From: an uncultured Nitrospinaceae bacterium
Lineage (GTDB): Bacteria; UBA8248
Direction: 5' to 3'
Assembly: GCA_964440505.1 (NCBI GenBank)
Contig: CAYTSP010000257.1
Location: forward strand, 8,756 to 72,755
DNA length: 64,000 nucleotides
This document shows positions 40,723 to 49,547 of the stretch, one piece after another. The notes beneath the pieces were generated by a model. It was not told the origin of the DNA, did no database searches, and saw only the letters and a list, made by a program, of their open reading frames with translations. How positions within the stretch are numbered: position 1 is the stretch's first letter; each line of letters begins with the position of its first letter. The translations under genes were made by a program, and so were the position numbers.

Positions 40723-41766
40723 CTAAGCAACCTTGTGCGTTCCGCTTCTGGCAGAGCGTACATCCACCAAAAACAACTCAAGCGTCTGACGAGCCACCTT
40801 CATGTCACTCGTCCGCTTGAGCTTGCGATCCACTTGAAGCAATTTCCCGTACAACTCGCGCAAATAGGCCGACCCCAACCCCCTGACCTGACTCTCAAGC
40901 CTTTTCCCCACAAAAGCCGGCAGACCCAGCACTTGAGAAATCCCCTGGGCGCCTCGGCCATTTCTGATCAAGGCCTTTGAAATCGTCCAGCGCCTGATCA
41001 AATTGCGCAATAAACCGATGAAAACAACGGGGTGTTCGGTTTCCATCATCCGGCGCAAGAGAACAAGGGTTCCACTCAAGCTCTCCTGGCTGAGCGAATC
41101 CCCCAGCTTATAGAGCAACTCTTCCTTGGAGTGTCCGATTATTTCCCGAACCTCTTCTTCGCCGGCAAGTGTTCCCGGCATCACATATGAGGCGATCTTC
41201 TCGAGCTCTGTGCTGAGCCTCATCATGGAGGGCTTGACCATTTCGACCAACAAATCGGTGGCCTTTGGGTGCAACTCAAATCCCAACTCTACAGCGCGCC
41301 CGTGAAGCCATTTCTTTAAGTCCTCCCCCTCCAGACTGTCCACCCGACAAACCACGCTCTCCTTGACCAGGCGTTGGAAGAAAGTGGTTCGCATATCGAT
41401 GTTTTCCGCGCAAAAAACAAGAACCGTGGACGCGGATGGGTGATCGAGATAGGAGAGAAAAACAGATTCATCCCTCTCGCCCGGCCTGGCGAAATTGAGG
41501 ACTTCTATAAGGCGCTTCTCCGCCATGAATGGCAGCGTCTGGGCAATGGCAATGATTTCGGACGCATCGGCCTCAGTCCAGTCGAAACGATCATGGTTGA
41601 AATCACCCGGCTCATCACCAAAAACCTTACGACGAACAACGCGCAAGTATTCATCCCGCAAAAAAGAATCCGTGCCTTCCAAAAGGTATATGGGCTTCGG
41701 TGGCGCGTTCTTCAAATCGGACAGCGCCGTCAAGGAACTTTTTGGCTTTTTGCGACTCGGGGACAA
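40723..41766 (-). CDS. holA: DNA polymerase III delta subunit
   Basis: 347 aa clamp-loader delta-like sequence (IYLLEGTDSFL...). Lies in the conserved lptE-holA pair. Confidence 0.75.
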   Translation of the reverse strand: MSPSRKKPKSSLTALSDLKNAPPKPIYLLEGTDSFLRDEYLRVVRRKVFGDEPGDFNHDRFDWTEADASEIIAIAQTLPFMAEKRLIEVLNFARPGERDESVFLSYLDHPSASTVLVFCAENIDMRTTFFQRLVKESVVCRVDSLEGEDLKKWLHGRAVELGFELHPKATDLLVEMVKPSMMRLSTELEKIASYVMPGTLAGEEEVREIIGHSKEELLYKLGDSLSQESLSGTLVLLRRMMETEHPVVFIGLLRNLIRRWTISKALIRNGRGAQGISQVLGLPAFVGKRLESQVRGLGSAYLRELYGKLLQVDRKLKRTSDMKVARQTLELFLVDVRSARSGTHKVA

Positions 41767-41767
41767 T

Positions 41768-42304
41768 CTAAAAGCCCTCTAATACGAGGCTCACGAGGTC
41801 TTCCGACAGTGAGTCGGCTACCTGTTGATTGGCGTTCGAACGGTTTGCGTCGCTTCGCGCGATGGATGAGGAAACCGCGAATTCGGCATAAGACTCCATG
41901 TCCTGATTGATGAGCAATTTCCTCCGCTCTTTGTTATGCAGCCGTATTCGGGTGCGCACAACGACACGATATTGCAAAGCCCTGTCAGTCCGAGTGAAGC
42001 CAATTGGAGAGAGGCGATACTCGCGTAAAACGCCTTCAAGAGCGATATCCGCATCGGGGGAGCCGGTAACCCGAAGGCGACCGTCCCGCAAGAATCTCCC
42101 TATTACAGCTTTCGTAACGGCGCGCCCCAGGCCCGGCTCGTTCGTCTGGTTCCGGAATGGTGGTATCGAAATCGTTCGAGCGTCCTTAAGGTCCCTGGGG
42201 CGCAATGTTCCCTCGAGGTCGTAGCCGCAGCCCGCCGTCAGGAAAACGATAAGCAGGAGAGGGAAACGGAGCGTACGGATCATCCTCAAAAGTACTCCGC
42301 TCAA
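41768..42304 (-). CDS. lptE: LPS-assembly lipoprotein LptE
   Basis: Lipobox LTAGCG, LptE-like body, 178 aa, immediately upstream of holA. Confidence 0.68.
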   Translation of the reverse strand: MSGVLLRMIRTLRFPLLLIVFLTAGCGYDLEGTLRPRDLKDARTISIPPFRNQTNEPGLGRAVTKAVIGRFLRDGRLRVTGSPDADIALEGVLREYRLSPIGFTRTDRALQYRVVVRTRIRLHNKERRKLLINQDMESYAEFAVSSSIARSDANRSNANQQVADSLSEDLVSLVLEGF

Positions 42305-42855
42305 ATGAAGACCTCCAAGGAGAGTTCTCGATTTTTCACGCTGCTAAAAGCAATTTGCTCGCTCAGCGCAATCAACTCGTCATAATTCTCGTCATCTGGT
42401 TCGCAAACAAGAATATCGACATCCCAGGGGTTTCCGATGACGCCCCGTATCGCACCGTTCATGATCTCCGTGGCCACGGGAGCGAAGCCGCCGGGGAGTT
42501 GCGCAAAGCCTGAAACCTGCAACGACAAATTCTTCGCCGACGTCTTCATCATTCTTCCAAAAATCTCCTTCGCGCGCCGGTAGAGCTTCGTCAGGGTCAA
42601 GTCCTCCAAAGAACCGACTCCTGCGAACAAAACGTATTCGGGCGCGAGTCGTCCTTTTGAAGCCAGCATGGCCTGGGATTCCCATACACCGCTCAATTTG
42701 CCTTGTTGCACCAAGCGGCTCGCCTCGTTTTCCAGCAAGCGATCGATCGCTCCCAGTCGCCCTTGAAACGGAAAATCTTCCACCGCGAACATAGAGACAG
42801 CGGCGAAGCTCTTTACCTCGTGCAGACCCTGAGGAAACAAGCGAAGGCGAATCAC
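42301..42855 (-). CDS. Hypothetical protein resembling the N-terminal (non-catalytic) domain of leucyl aminopeptidase PepA
   Basis: By-eye alignment to the PepA N-domain: AAVSMFAVED vs SACIVVGVFE, LVQQGKLSGVWESQAML vs LLRRGELEGKPGQTLLL, YVLFAGVGSLEDL vs RILLIGCGKEREL. No M17 catalytic domain follows. ATGA overlap with lptE. Confidence 0.5.
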   Translation of the reverse strand: MIRLRLFPQGLHEVKSFAAVSMFAVEDFPFQGRLGAIDRLLENEASRLVQQGKLSGVWESQAMLASKGRLAPEYVLFAGVGSLEDLTLTKLYRRAKEIFGRMMKTSAKNLSLQVSGFAQLPGGFAPVATEIMNGAIRGVIGNPWDVDILVCEPDDENYDELIALSEQIAFSSVKNRELSLEVFI

Positions 42856-42856
42856 C

Positions 42857-43273
42857 CTAGACCGCCATTTTCTCTTGATGGAGACGATCCAGAATGCCGT
42901 TCACGAATCCAGGAGCATTCTCTGGTCCATATCGCTTGGCCAGGCGAATGGCTTCATCCATCGTAACCGCAGGCGGGATATCCGGCACAAAATACATTTC
43001 GCAAACGCCCAAGCGCAGAATGCTTTTCGATACGGAATCCATGCGTTCGAGCGACCAACTCGTGCTCGCTTCGGTGAGTATATCGTTAATCTGTCGGTTT
43101 TTCTCCAGCATGATTGCCATCAACCTGTCGGCGAACTTTTTTGAATTCTCGTCCGCCGGATGCAAACGCCAATAACGCTCGACTTCCTCCGGTGTCAGAC
43201 TTCCGATGCGATCCGTATGATACAGGATTTGAAACGCAAGCTCTCGCCCCCCCCTTCTGTTCTCGACCATCAC
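42857..43273 (-). CDS. nusB: Transcription antitermination factor NusB
   Basis: 138 aa. RELAFQILY and the NusB helical pattern. Lies downstream of ribH as usual. Confidence 0.9.
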   Translation of the reverse strand: MMVENRRGGRELAFQILYHTDRIGSLTPEEVERYWRLHPADENSKKFADRLMAIMLEKNRQINDILTEASTSWSLERMDSVSKSILRLGVCEMYFVPDIPPAVTMDEAIRLAKRYGPENAPGFVNGILDRLHQEKMAV

Positions 43274-43785
43274 TTCCCCTCTTCGAGAGCGTCGTTCCCA
43301 TCCCCATCCATTTTCGAGAATAAATTCGCCATCTCCACAGCCGCCAAGGCGCCTTCGTATCCCTTGTTCCCCATCTTTGTTCCCGCACGCTCGATGGCCT
43401 GCTCAATCGTATCCGTCGTGACAACGCCGAATATGGTCGGCACCCCCGTCTGGGCACCCACCTGGGCGATGCCCTTCGTCGCTTCGGCGCACACCAGATC
43501 ATAGTGAGAGGTAGCGCCCCGTATCACGCATCCCAGGCAGACGATGGCGTCGTAATTTTGTGATTTCGCCATCTTCATCGCAGCCGCCGGAATCTCGAAC
43601 GAACCCGGCACCTGCACGTGTGCGATGTCGGACGCGGATACGCCGCATTGGCGCAAAGCCGTCTCGGCCCCCCGCACGAGGTGCGTCACGATAAAATCGT
43701 TAAATCGCGACGAGACGAGGCCAATCCGCAGGCCCCGCCCGTTGAGATTGCCTTCCACCGGATTATCCATTACCTCTCCAAACAC
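43270..43785 (-). CDS. ribH: 6,7-dimethyl-8-ribityllumazine synthase
   Basis: [24 protein letters not shown] motifs, 171 aa. Confidence 0.92.
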   Translation of the reverse strand: MFGEVMDNPVEGNLNGRGLRIGLVSSRFNDFIVTHLVRGAETALRQCGVSASDIAHVQVPGSFEIPAAAMKMAKSQNYDAIVCLGCVIRGATSHYDLVCAEATKGIAQVGAQTGVPTIFGVVTTDTIEQAIERAGTKMGNKGYEGALAAVEMANLFSKMDGDGNDALEEGK

Positions 43786-43788
43786 CTT

Positions 43789-45021
43789 TTATGGACGCTG
43801 CAAGTAGGATTCCTTGCCATCCTTCCTCTTCTTCTGCATTGACGGCAAAGGCGGCTCCATGTCTACCGCCACCCTGTCTTCAAGTTCGAGGCCATAGCCT
43901 TCGAGCGCAACAATCCTGCGCTCATCATTCGTCATGATCCGAATCCGGCGCAAGCCCAGGTCCACGAGGATCTGGGCGCCTATGCCGTAATCGCGCAATC
44001 CCTGGAATGGCGCGCTCTTGATTCTGATTTTCTTATCCATCTCACGCGCACCGACGGCCATCTGCTCTTTTCTGGGAAACTCCTCCCCCATCGAATCGGG
44101 TTGCAAGAATACCAACACACCCTTGCCCGCCTCCTGAATTTTGGCCAGCGCGTTTCTGATCCTGTCCGGACAATCGGAGCGCAAAAGCGCCAACAAATCC
44201 CAGATGGCATTTACCGGCTGCACCCGAATGTGGGTGGGCTCATCCGGGTTCAATTCCCCCATCACCAAAGCGGCGTGAATCCTTCCGCTGCTTTGATTGT
44301 GGTATGCATACACCTTGAAAGTGCCGAATGCCGTCGGCATCTCGGCCTCCTCCACACGCTCCACGAGACGATCGTGACGCATGCGGTAAGCGATGAGATC
44401 CTTAATCGTCACGAGGGATAAATTATTTTTTTCCGCTACCTTTCGCAGGTTGGGCAGACGCGCCATCGAACCATCTTCATTCAATACTTCACAAAGAACA
44501 CCCGCGGGATGAAGACCGGCCAGACGGGCCAAATCCACCGTGCCCTCCGTGTGGCCTGCTCTCCTGAGCACGCCCCCCGGCTGCGCCCGCAGCGGAAAAA
44601 TATGGCCTGGCGTCACGAGGTCCGACGGCCTGGCGTCTTCCTGTATGGCGGTTTGTATGGTGTGGGCCCTGTCGAAGGCGCTGATGCCTGTCGTGACGCC
44701 TTCGCGTGCTTCTATGGAAACCGTAAAAGCCGTGCCGAAAGCGGAGCCGTTCTCGCCGCTGGGCACCATCATGGGAAGACCCAGGGATTCCACCTTCTCC
44801 GGCGTGAGCGCGAGACAAACGAGACCACGCGCATGTTTCGTCATGAAGTTGATCGCCTCGGGCGTCACCCTCTCGGCCGCCAGGATGAAATCGCCTTCGT
44901 TCTCGCGGTCCTCATCATCCACCAGGACGACGATGCGGCCCTCGCGAATATCGCCAATCGCCTCTTCAATCGTGGAGAAAGGACTCGCGCCCAAATCCTT
45001 TTCCTCCTTCGGCTCAGGCAT
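43789..45021 (-). CDS. ribBA: Bifunctional 3,4-dihydroxy-2-butanone-4-phosphate synthase / GTP cyclohydrolase II
   Basis: N-terminal DHBP synthase (DDEDRENEGD), C-terminal GCH-II. 410 aa. Confidence 0.93.
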   Translation of the reverse strand: MPEPKEEKDLGASPFSTIEEAIGDIREGRIVVLVDDEDRENEGDFILAAERVTPEAINFMTKHARGLVCLALTPEKVESLGLPMMVPSGENGSAFGTAFTVSIEAREGVTTGISAFDRAHTIQTAIQEDARPSDLVTPGHIFPLRAQPGGVLRRAGHTEGTVDLARLAGLHPAGVLCEVLNEDGSMARLPNLRKVAEKNNLSLVTIKDLIAYRMRHDRLVERVEEAEMPTAFGTFKVYAYHNQSSGRIHAALVMGELNPDEPTHIRVQPVNAIWDLLALLRSDCPDRIRNALAKIQEAGKGVLVFLQPDSMGEEFPRKEQMAVGAREMDKKIRIKSAPFQGLRDYGIGAQILVDLGLRRIRIMTNDERRIVALEGYGLELEDRVAVDMEPPLPSMQKKRKDGKESYLQRP

Positions 45022-45679
45022 AGCCTTGCTCCCTCAGTTTTTCCATCGTGACGCCACCATGAGACCTTGATTCCGCGTGGGGAGCGAGCAGCTTTTCCAC
45101 GTATTTTCCAATTAAATCCGCTTCGAGATTCACGCCGGCGCCGTCTTTCTTTTCCGTGAGTGTCGTTTGCTCGCTCGTATGCGGAATAATCGACACCGAA
45201 AAAGTCTTGCCGTCACACGCCGCCACCGTCAGGCTGATTCCATCAACCGCGATAGACCCTTTATAAACGACATAGCGCATCACCTCCACCGGGGCCTCGA
45301 AAGTGAGCCAAATCGAATCGCCCTCGTTTTTTCTGCTTCTAATCTTGCCCACGCCGTCGACGTGGCCACTCACGAGGTGCCCGCCCAAGCGTTCTCCCAG
45401 CGCCATGGCGCGTTCCAGATTGCATCGGCCGCCGACGGCCAGTTCGCCTAAATTCGTTCGCCGAAGCGTCTCGACCGACAAATCAGCCTCAAATTTTCTT
45501 TCATCAAAATCAACCACCGTGACGCAAACGCCGTTGAGGGCGATGGAATCACCGAGCCTCACACCATCCAGAACACCCGGCGCCTCGATGGTAATTCGCG
45601 CGCCATTGGCGTCTTTTCTCAATGAGCGAATCGCGCCCACGGTCTCGATAATTCCGCTAAACACCTTTTCCACCCTCAA
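45014..45679 (-). CDS. ribE: Riboflavin synthase alpha subunit
   Basis: Two lumazine-binding repeats (GxSIAVDGISLTV-type), 221 aa. Confidence 0.9.
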   Translation of the reverse strand: MRVEKVFSGIIETVGAIRSLRKDANGARITIEAPGVLDGVRLGDSIALNGVCVTVVDFDERKFEADLSVETLRRTNLGELAVGGRCNLERAMALGERLGGHLVSGHVDGVGKIRSRKNEGDSIWLTFEAPVEVMRYVVYKGSIAVDGISLTVAACDGKTFSVSIIPHTSEQTTLTEKKDGAGVNLEADLIGKYVEKLLAPHAESRSHGGVTMEKLREQGYA

Positions 45680-46844
45680 ATTCTTTCCAAATCGGTTTTT
45701 TGAAATATCCTTGAATCAATAAATCATCTCCAATAACTTCATGTGTTACATTAAATAACCCGGGAAGAGATTGCAATTCCTCTTCATCAAGGCCTGAAAT
45801 CGCGCCCGGCGCCTGCGCATCCCCCACTATCAGGGGCGCCAAAAAATACAAGAGCCGATCCGCCAAGCCTTCCCGAATGAAAGAACCGTGAACCCGACCG
45901 CCGCCTTCTACTAAAATATGACGAACGCCGCGATTTCCCAATACCTCCAACACCGGAGCGAGCGACACCCGGCCTTGCGGGTCTGCTCCTACGCGAACGA
46001 CTTCCGCACCTGCCTCGCGCAACGCCGTTTCCTTAGCCGGGGGCGATGCGTCCGTAGTCGCAACGATGGTGGAACTCCCCTGCCGGGAGGCCAGGACCCG
46101 GGCGTGAGAGGGCGTCCTGAGCCTGGAATCCAGGACGATTCTCAGCAATGGCTTGCCTGAAACTCCGCCGGGTCGTGGCGTAAGCAACGGGTCGTCTTCC
46201 AGCACCGTCTCCACGCCGACCAGAATGGCGTCCACTTTGTTTCTGAAATGATGGCCTGCGTTTCTCGCCGCCTCGCCCGTTATCCATCTGCTCTGCCCGC
46301 TTCGGGTGGCGATTTTTCCATCCAGACTCGCGGCGGCCTTCAGGGTGAGAAAAGGACGGCCACACCGCCACCAATGAAAATATACTTCATTCTGGCGCAC
46401 CGCCTCCTCGGCCATTATACCGATTTCCACCTCGACGCCACGTTCGCGCAGGTGCGAAAATCCTTTGCCTGAAACTTGCGGATTCGGGTCCGAGACAGCG
46501 GCGATGACGCGAGAAACGCCTGAATCCGCCACGAAAGGCGCGCAGGGAGGCGTTCTGCCCTGGTGAGAACACGGCTCCAGGGTGAGGATCAAAACGCCGC
46601 CTCGCGCACGCCCACCCGCTTCCTGGAGAGCCAGAGCTTCCGCGTGCGGCTCCCCCGCCTTTTTGTGCCAGCCCCGGCCCGCTACCTCTCCGCCGGCGTC
46701 AAGAACAATGGCCCCGACAAGCGGATTGGGGCTCGTCATTCCCTCCGCGCGTCCCGCGAGAGAGAGGGCCTCGGCCATCAACTCGTTTTTACGCTCGGCA
46801 GAGAGGCGAACCATCAAAATGAAATCCCGCTCAATGGATTTCAA
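45657..46844 (-). CDS. ribD: Bifunctional diaminohydroxyphosphoribosylaminopyrimidine deaminase / 5-amino-6-(5-phosphoribosylamino)uracil reductase
   Basis: CMP/dCMP deaminase zinc motif HAEALAL...PCSHQGRTPPC, C-terminal RibD reductase domain. The start is probably internal to the listed ORF. Confidence 0.9.
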   Translation of the reverse strand: MKSIERDFILMVRLSAERKNELMAEALSLAGRAEGMTSPNPLVGAIVLDAGGEVAGRGWHKKAGEPHAEALALQEAGGRARGGVLILTLEPCSHQGRTPPCAPFVADSGVSRVIAAVSDPNPQVSGKGFSHLRERGVEVEIGIMAEEAVRQNEVYFHWWRCGRPFLTLKAAASLDGKIATRSGQSRWITGEAARNAGHHFRNKVDAILVGVETVLEDDPLLTPRPGGVSGKPLLRIVLDSRLRTPSHARVLASRQGSSTIVATTDASPPAKETALREAGAEVVRVGADPQGRVSLAPVLEVLGNRGVRHILVEGGGRVHGSFIREGLADRLLYFLAPLIVGDAQAPGAISGLDEEELQSLPGLFNVTHEVIGDDLLIQGYFKKPIWKEFEGGKGV

Positions 46845-49488
46845 CCGTCTGGTATGAGCCGTGCGTTACGGTCGCCTGTGCCGCCGCGAGCCTCGCAATC
46901 GGCGCTCGATATGGCGCGCAGGAGACATAATCCATTTTCATCATATGGCAAAATTCAACCGACGTGGGTTCGCCGCCATGTTCCCCGCAAATGCCCACCT
47001 CGAGATTCTCCCGTCTCGCACGGCCGCGCTCGATGCCGATCTTCACCATCTCGCCCACCCCCTCGCGATCAACGGCGACAAAAGGATCTCTGGGAATCAG
47101 ATCCTTTTCGATGTATTTGGGCAGGAACCAGCCGGCATCGTCCCGGCTCAGGCCATAGACGAGTTGCGTCAGATCGTTCGTGCCGAAACTGAAGAATTCC
47201 GCGCTGTCGGCGATCTCTCCCGCCCGGAGGCAAGCCCTGGGAATTTCGATCATCGTGCCGGTGAGATACCGCGGCGTCACGCCTTTTTCTTCGATCACCT
47301 TCTGTGCGATGTCGTACACGATGTCGCGATTGAACGCCCATTCCCTTACGCCGGAGGTGAGAGGAATCATGATTTCTGGAAGCACGTCCACGCCGCGCGA
47401 TTTCATCTCACAGGCCGCCTCGATGATGGCTCGCACCTGCATTTCGGCGATTTCAGGATAGGTGACCACCAGACGGCAACCGCGGTGGCCCAGCATGGGG
47501 TTTTGCTCTTCGGTTGCTTCCGTGGCGTGGCGCACGGTTTCGAGGCCTACGCCCAACAGCCTGGCCACATGCTCCATGTCTTCTTCCGTCTTGGGCAGAA
47601 ACTCATGAAGCGGCGGATCCAGCAGCCTGATCGTTACGGGTCTCTCCTTCATCACTTCGAAGATGCCGATGAAATCCTCGCGCTGCATAGGCAGGAGATG
47701 ATCAAGCGCATCCCGCCTGCCTTCCTCCGTAGACGCCAGAATCATCGCGCGCACGTAGTCGATGCGCTCCCCCTCGAAAAACATATGCTCCGTGCGGCAA
47801 AGGCCAATCCCTTCGCAGCCGAATTCGATGGCCGTCTCGCTATCCGTGACCGTGTCGGCGTTCGCGCGAACGCCCAGGGTCCTGATCTCGTCCGCCCATT
47901 CCATCAGGGTGGCGAAATCCCCCGAAAGCTCGGGCTGCTTGAGTTTCGCCTCGCCTAGAATCACCTCACCGGAAGTGCCGTTCAAGGAAATAAAATCACC
48001 CTCCAGTACCGTCTCGCCATTCACGCGCATCACCTTCTCATCCGCCTTGACGTTCAAGGCGCTGCAGCCGGTGACGCAACATTTCCCCATCTGTCTCGCG
48101 ACGACGGCCGCATGCGAAGTGAGTCCGCCGCGCGCCGTGAGGATGCCCTGAGAAACGTTCATCCCGTTAATGTCCTCCGGGCTCGTCTCCTGACGCACCA
48201 GGATAACGGGATCCCCCGCTTCGGCCCGCTCCACCGCATCCGCCGCAGTGAAAACCACCCGGCCCACGGCGGCGCCCGGTGATGCGGCCAGACCCGTGGC
48301 CACCACCTTCAATTCCTCCTCGGCGTCGATCGTGGGATGCAGCAACTGATCCAGGCTGTCAGGGTCCACCATCTGCAAGGCGGTTCGCCTGTCTATCACG
48401 CCTTCCCTCACCAGCTGAATGGCGATTCGCACGGCCGCCGCCGCCGTTCGCTTGCCGCTTCTCGTCTGGAGCATGAACAGGCGTCCGTTTTGAATGGTGA
48501 ATTCCATGTCCTGCATGTCTTTGTAATGGGCTTCGAGTTTTTCGGTAATGCTTTCAAACTCGGCGTAGCATTCGGGCATTTTCTCCTTAAGGCTCACGAT
48601 GGGCTCAGGCGTCCTGATTCCCGCCACAACGTCCTCGCCCTGGGCGTTGAAGAGTATCTCGCCATAGAGCGCGTCCTCGCCGGTCGCGGGGTTCCGCGAG
48701 AAAGCAACCCCGGTGCCGCAATCCTCCCCCATGTTGCCGTAGACCATGCACTGCACGTTCACGGCAGTGCCCCAGTCATGGGGAATGTGGTACAGCCTGC
48801 GGTAGGTGAAGGCGCGGTCGTTGTTCCAGGAGTTGAACACCGCCTCTATGGCCAGGCGGAGTTGTTCGTAGGGGTCCTGGGGAAAACCCGAGCCCGTCTT
48901 CTCTTTCACGAGGGCGGCGTATTCGTCCACCAGTTCGGCCAGGTCGTCCGCCGTCAGATCCAAATCGGACCCGGCCCCCTTGCGCTGTTTCATGGCCTCG
49001 ATCTTCGATTCGAAATCGTGGTGCTCCATCTCGAGAACCACGTTGCCGAACATGTTGATGAACCTGCGATAGCTGTCGTATGCGAAGCGGCGGCTCCCCG
49101 ATTTCTTCTCAAGAGCGGCGACCGTCTTGTCGTTCATCCCCAGATTCAGGACGGTATCCATCATGCCCGGCATCGAGTCGCGCGCACCGGAGCGCACACT
49201 CACCAGGAGTGGATTTTCATCGCCGCCGAATTGCGCTCCCATTGCATCTTCCAGCCACGCCATCCGTTCCTTCACGCCCTCCCAGAGCCCCTCGGGAAAA
49301 TCGTTTTGTTTCAGGTAATCGACGCAAACCTGCGTAGTGATTGTGAAGCCTGGCGGCACAGGAATGTCCAGGCTCGCCATTTCGGCCAGATTCGCGCCCT
49401 TGCCACCCAGCAGATTGCGCATATCGGCGCTTCCGTCGGTTTGCCCGGCGCCAAAGGAATAAATCATCTTCTCCGTCATTACCTGCAT
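46831..49488 (-). CDS. ppdK: Pyruvate, phosphate dikinase
   Basis: 885 aa. N-terminal ATP-grasp, central phospho-His domain (GGLTSHAAVVARQMG), C-terminal PEP-utilizing TIM barrel. Confidence 0.95.
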   Translation of the reverse strand: MQVMTEKMIYSFGAGQTDGSADMRNLLGGKGANLAEMASLDIPVPPGFTITTQVCVDYLKQNDFPEGLWEGVKERMAWLEDAMGAQFGGDENPLLVSVRSGARDSMPGMMDTVLNLGMNDKTVAALEKKSGSRRFAYDSYRRFINMFGNVVLEMEHHDFESKIEAMKQRKGAGSDLDLTADDLAELVDEYAALVKEKTGSGFPQDPYEQLRLAIEAVFNSWNNDRAFTYRRLYHIPHDWGTAVNVQCMVYGNMGEDCGTGVAFSRNPATGEDALYGEILFNAQGEDVVAGIRTPEPIVSLKEKMPECYAEFESITEKLEAHYKDMQDMEFTIQNGRLFMLQTRSGKRTAAAAVRIAIQLVREGVIDRRTALQMVDPDSLDQLLHPTIDAEEELKVVATGLAASPGAAVGRVVFTAADAVERAEAGDPVILVRQETSPEDINGMNVSQGILTARGGLTSHAAVVARQMGKCCVTGCSALNVKADEKVMRVNGETVLEGDFISLNGTSGEVILGEAKLKQPELSGDFATLMEWADEIRTLGVRANADTVTDSETAIEFGCEGIGLCRTEHMFFEGERIDYVRAMILASTEEGRRDALDHLLPMQREDFIGIFEVMKERPVTIRLLDPPLHEFLPKTEEDMEHVARLLGVGLETVRHATEATEEQNPMLGHRGCRLVVTYPEIAEMQVRAIIEAACEMKSRGVDVLPEIMIPLTSGVREWAFNRDIVYDIAQKVIEEKGVTPRYLTGTMIEIPRACLRAGEIADSAEFFSFGTNDLTQLVYGLSRDDAGWFLPKYIEKDLIPRDPFVAVDREGVGEMVKIGIERGRARRENLEVGICGEHGGEPTSVEFCHMMKMDYVSCAPYRAPIARLAAAQATVTHGSYQTVEIH

Positions 49489-49547
49489 CCTCCCGCGCCT
49501 CTCGCGCGTCTGAATAAGAGTTGTGGATGGCTGAAAACCTGCTCCAA

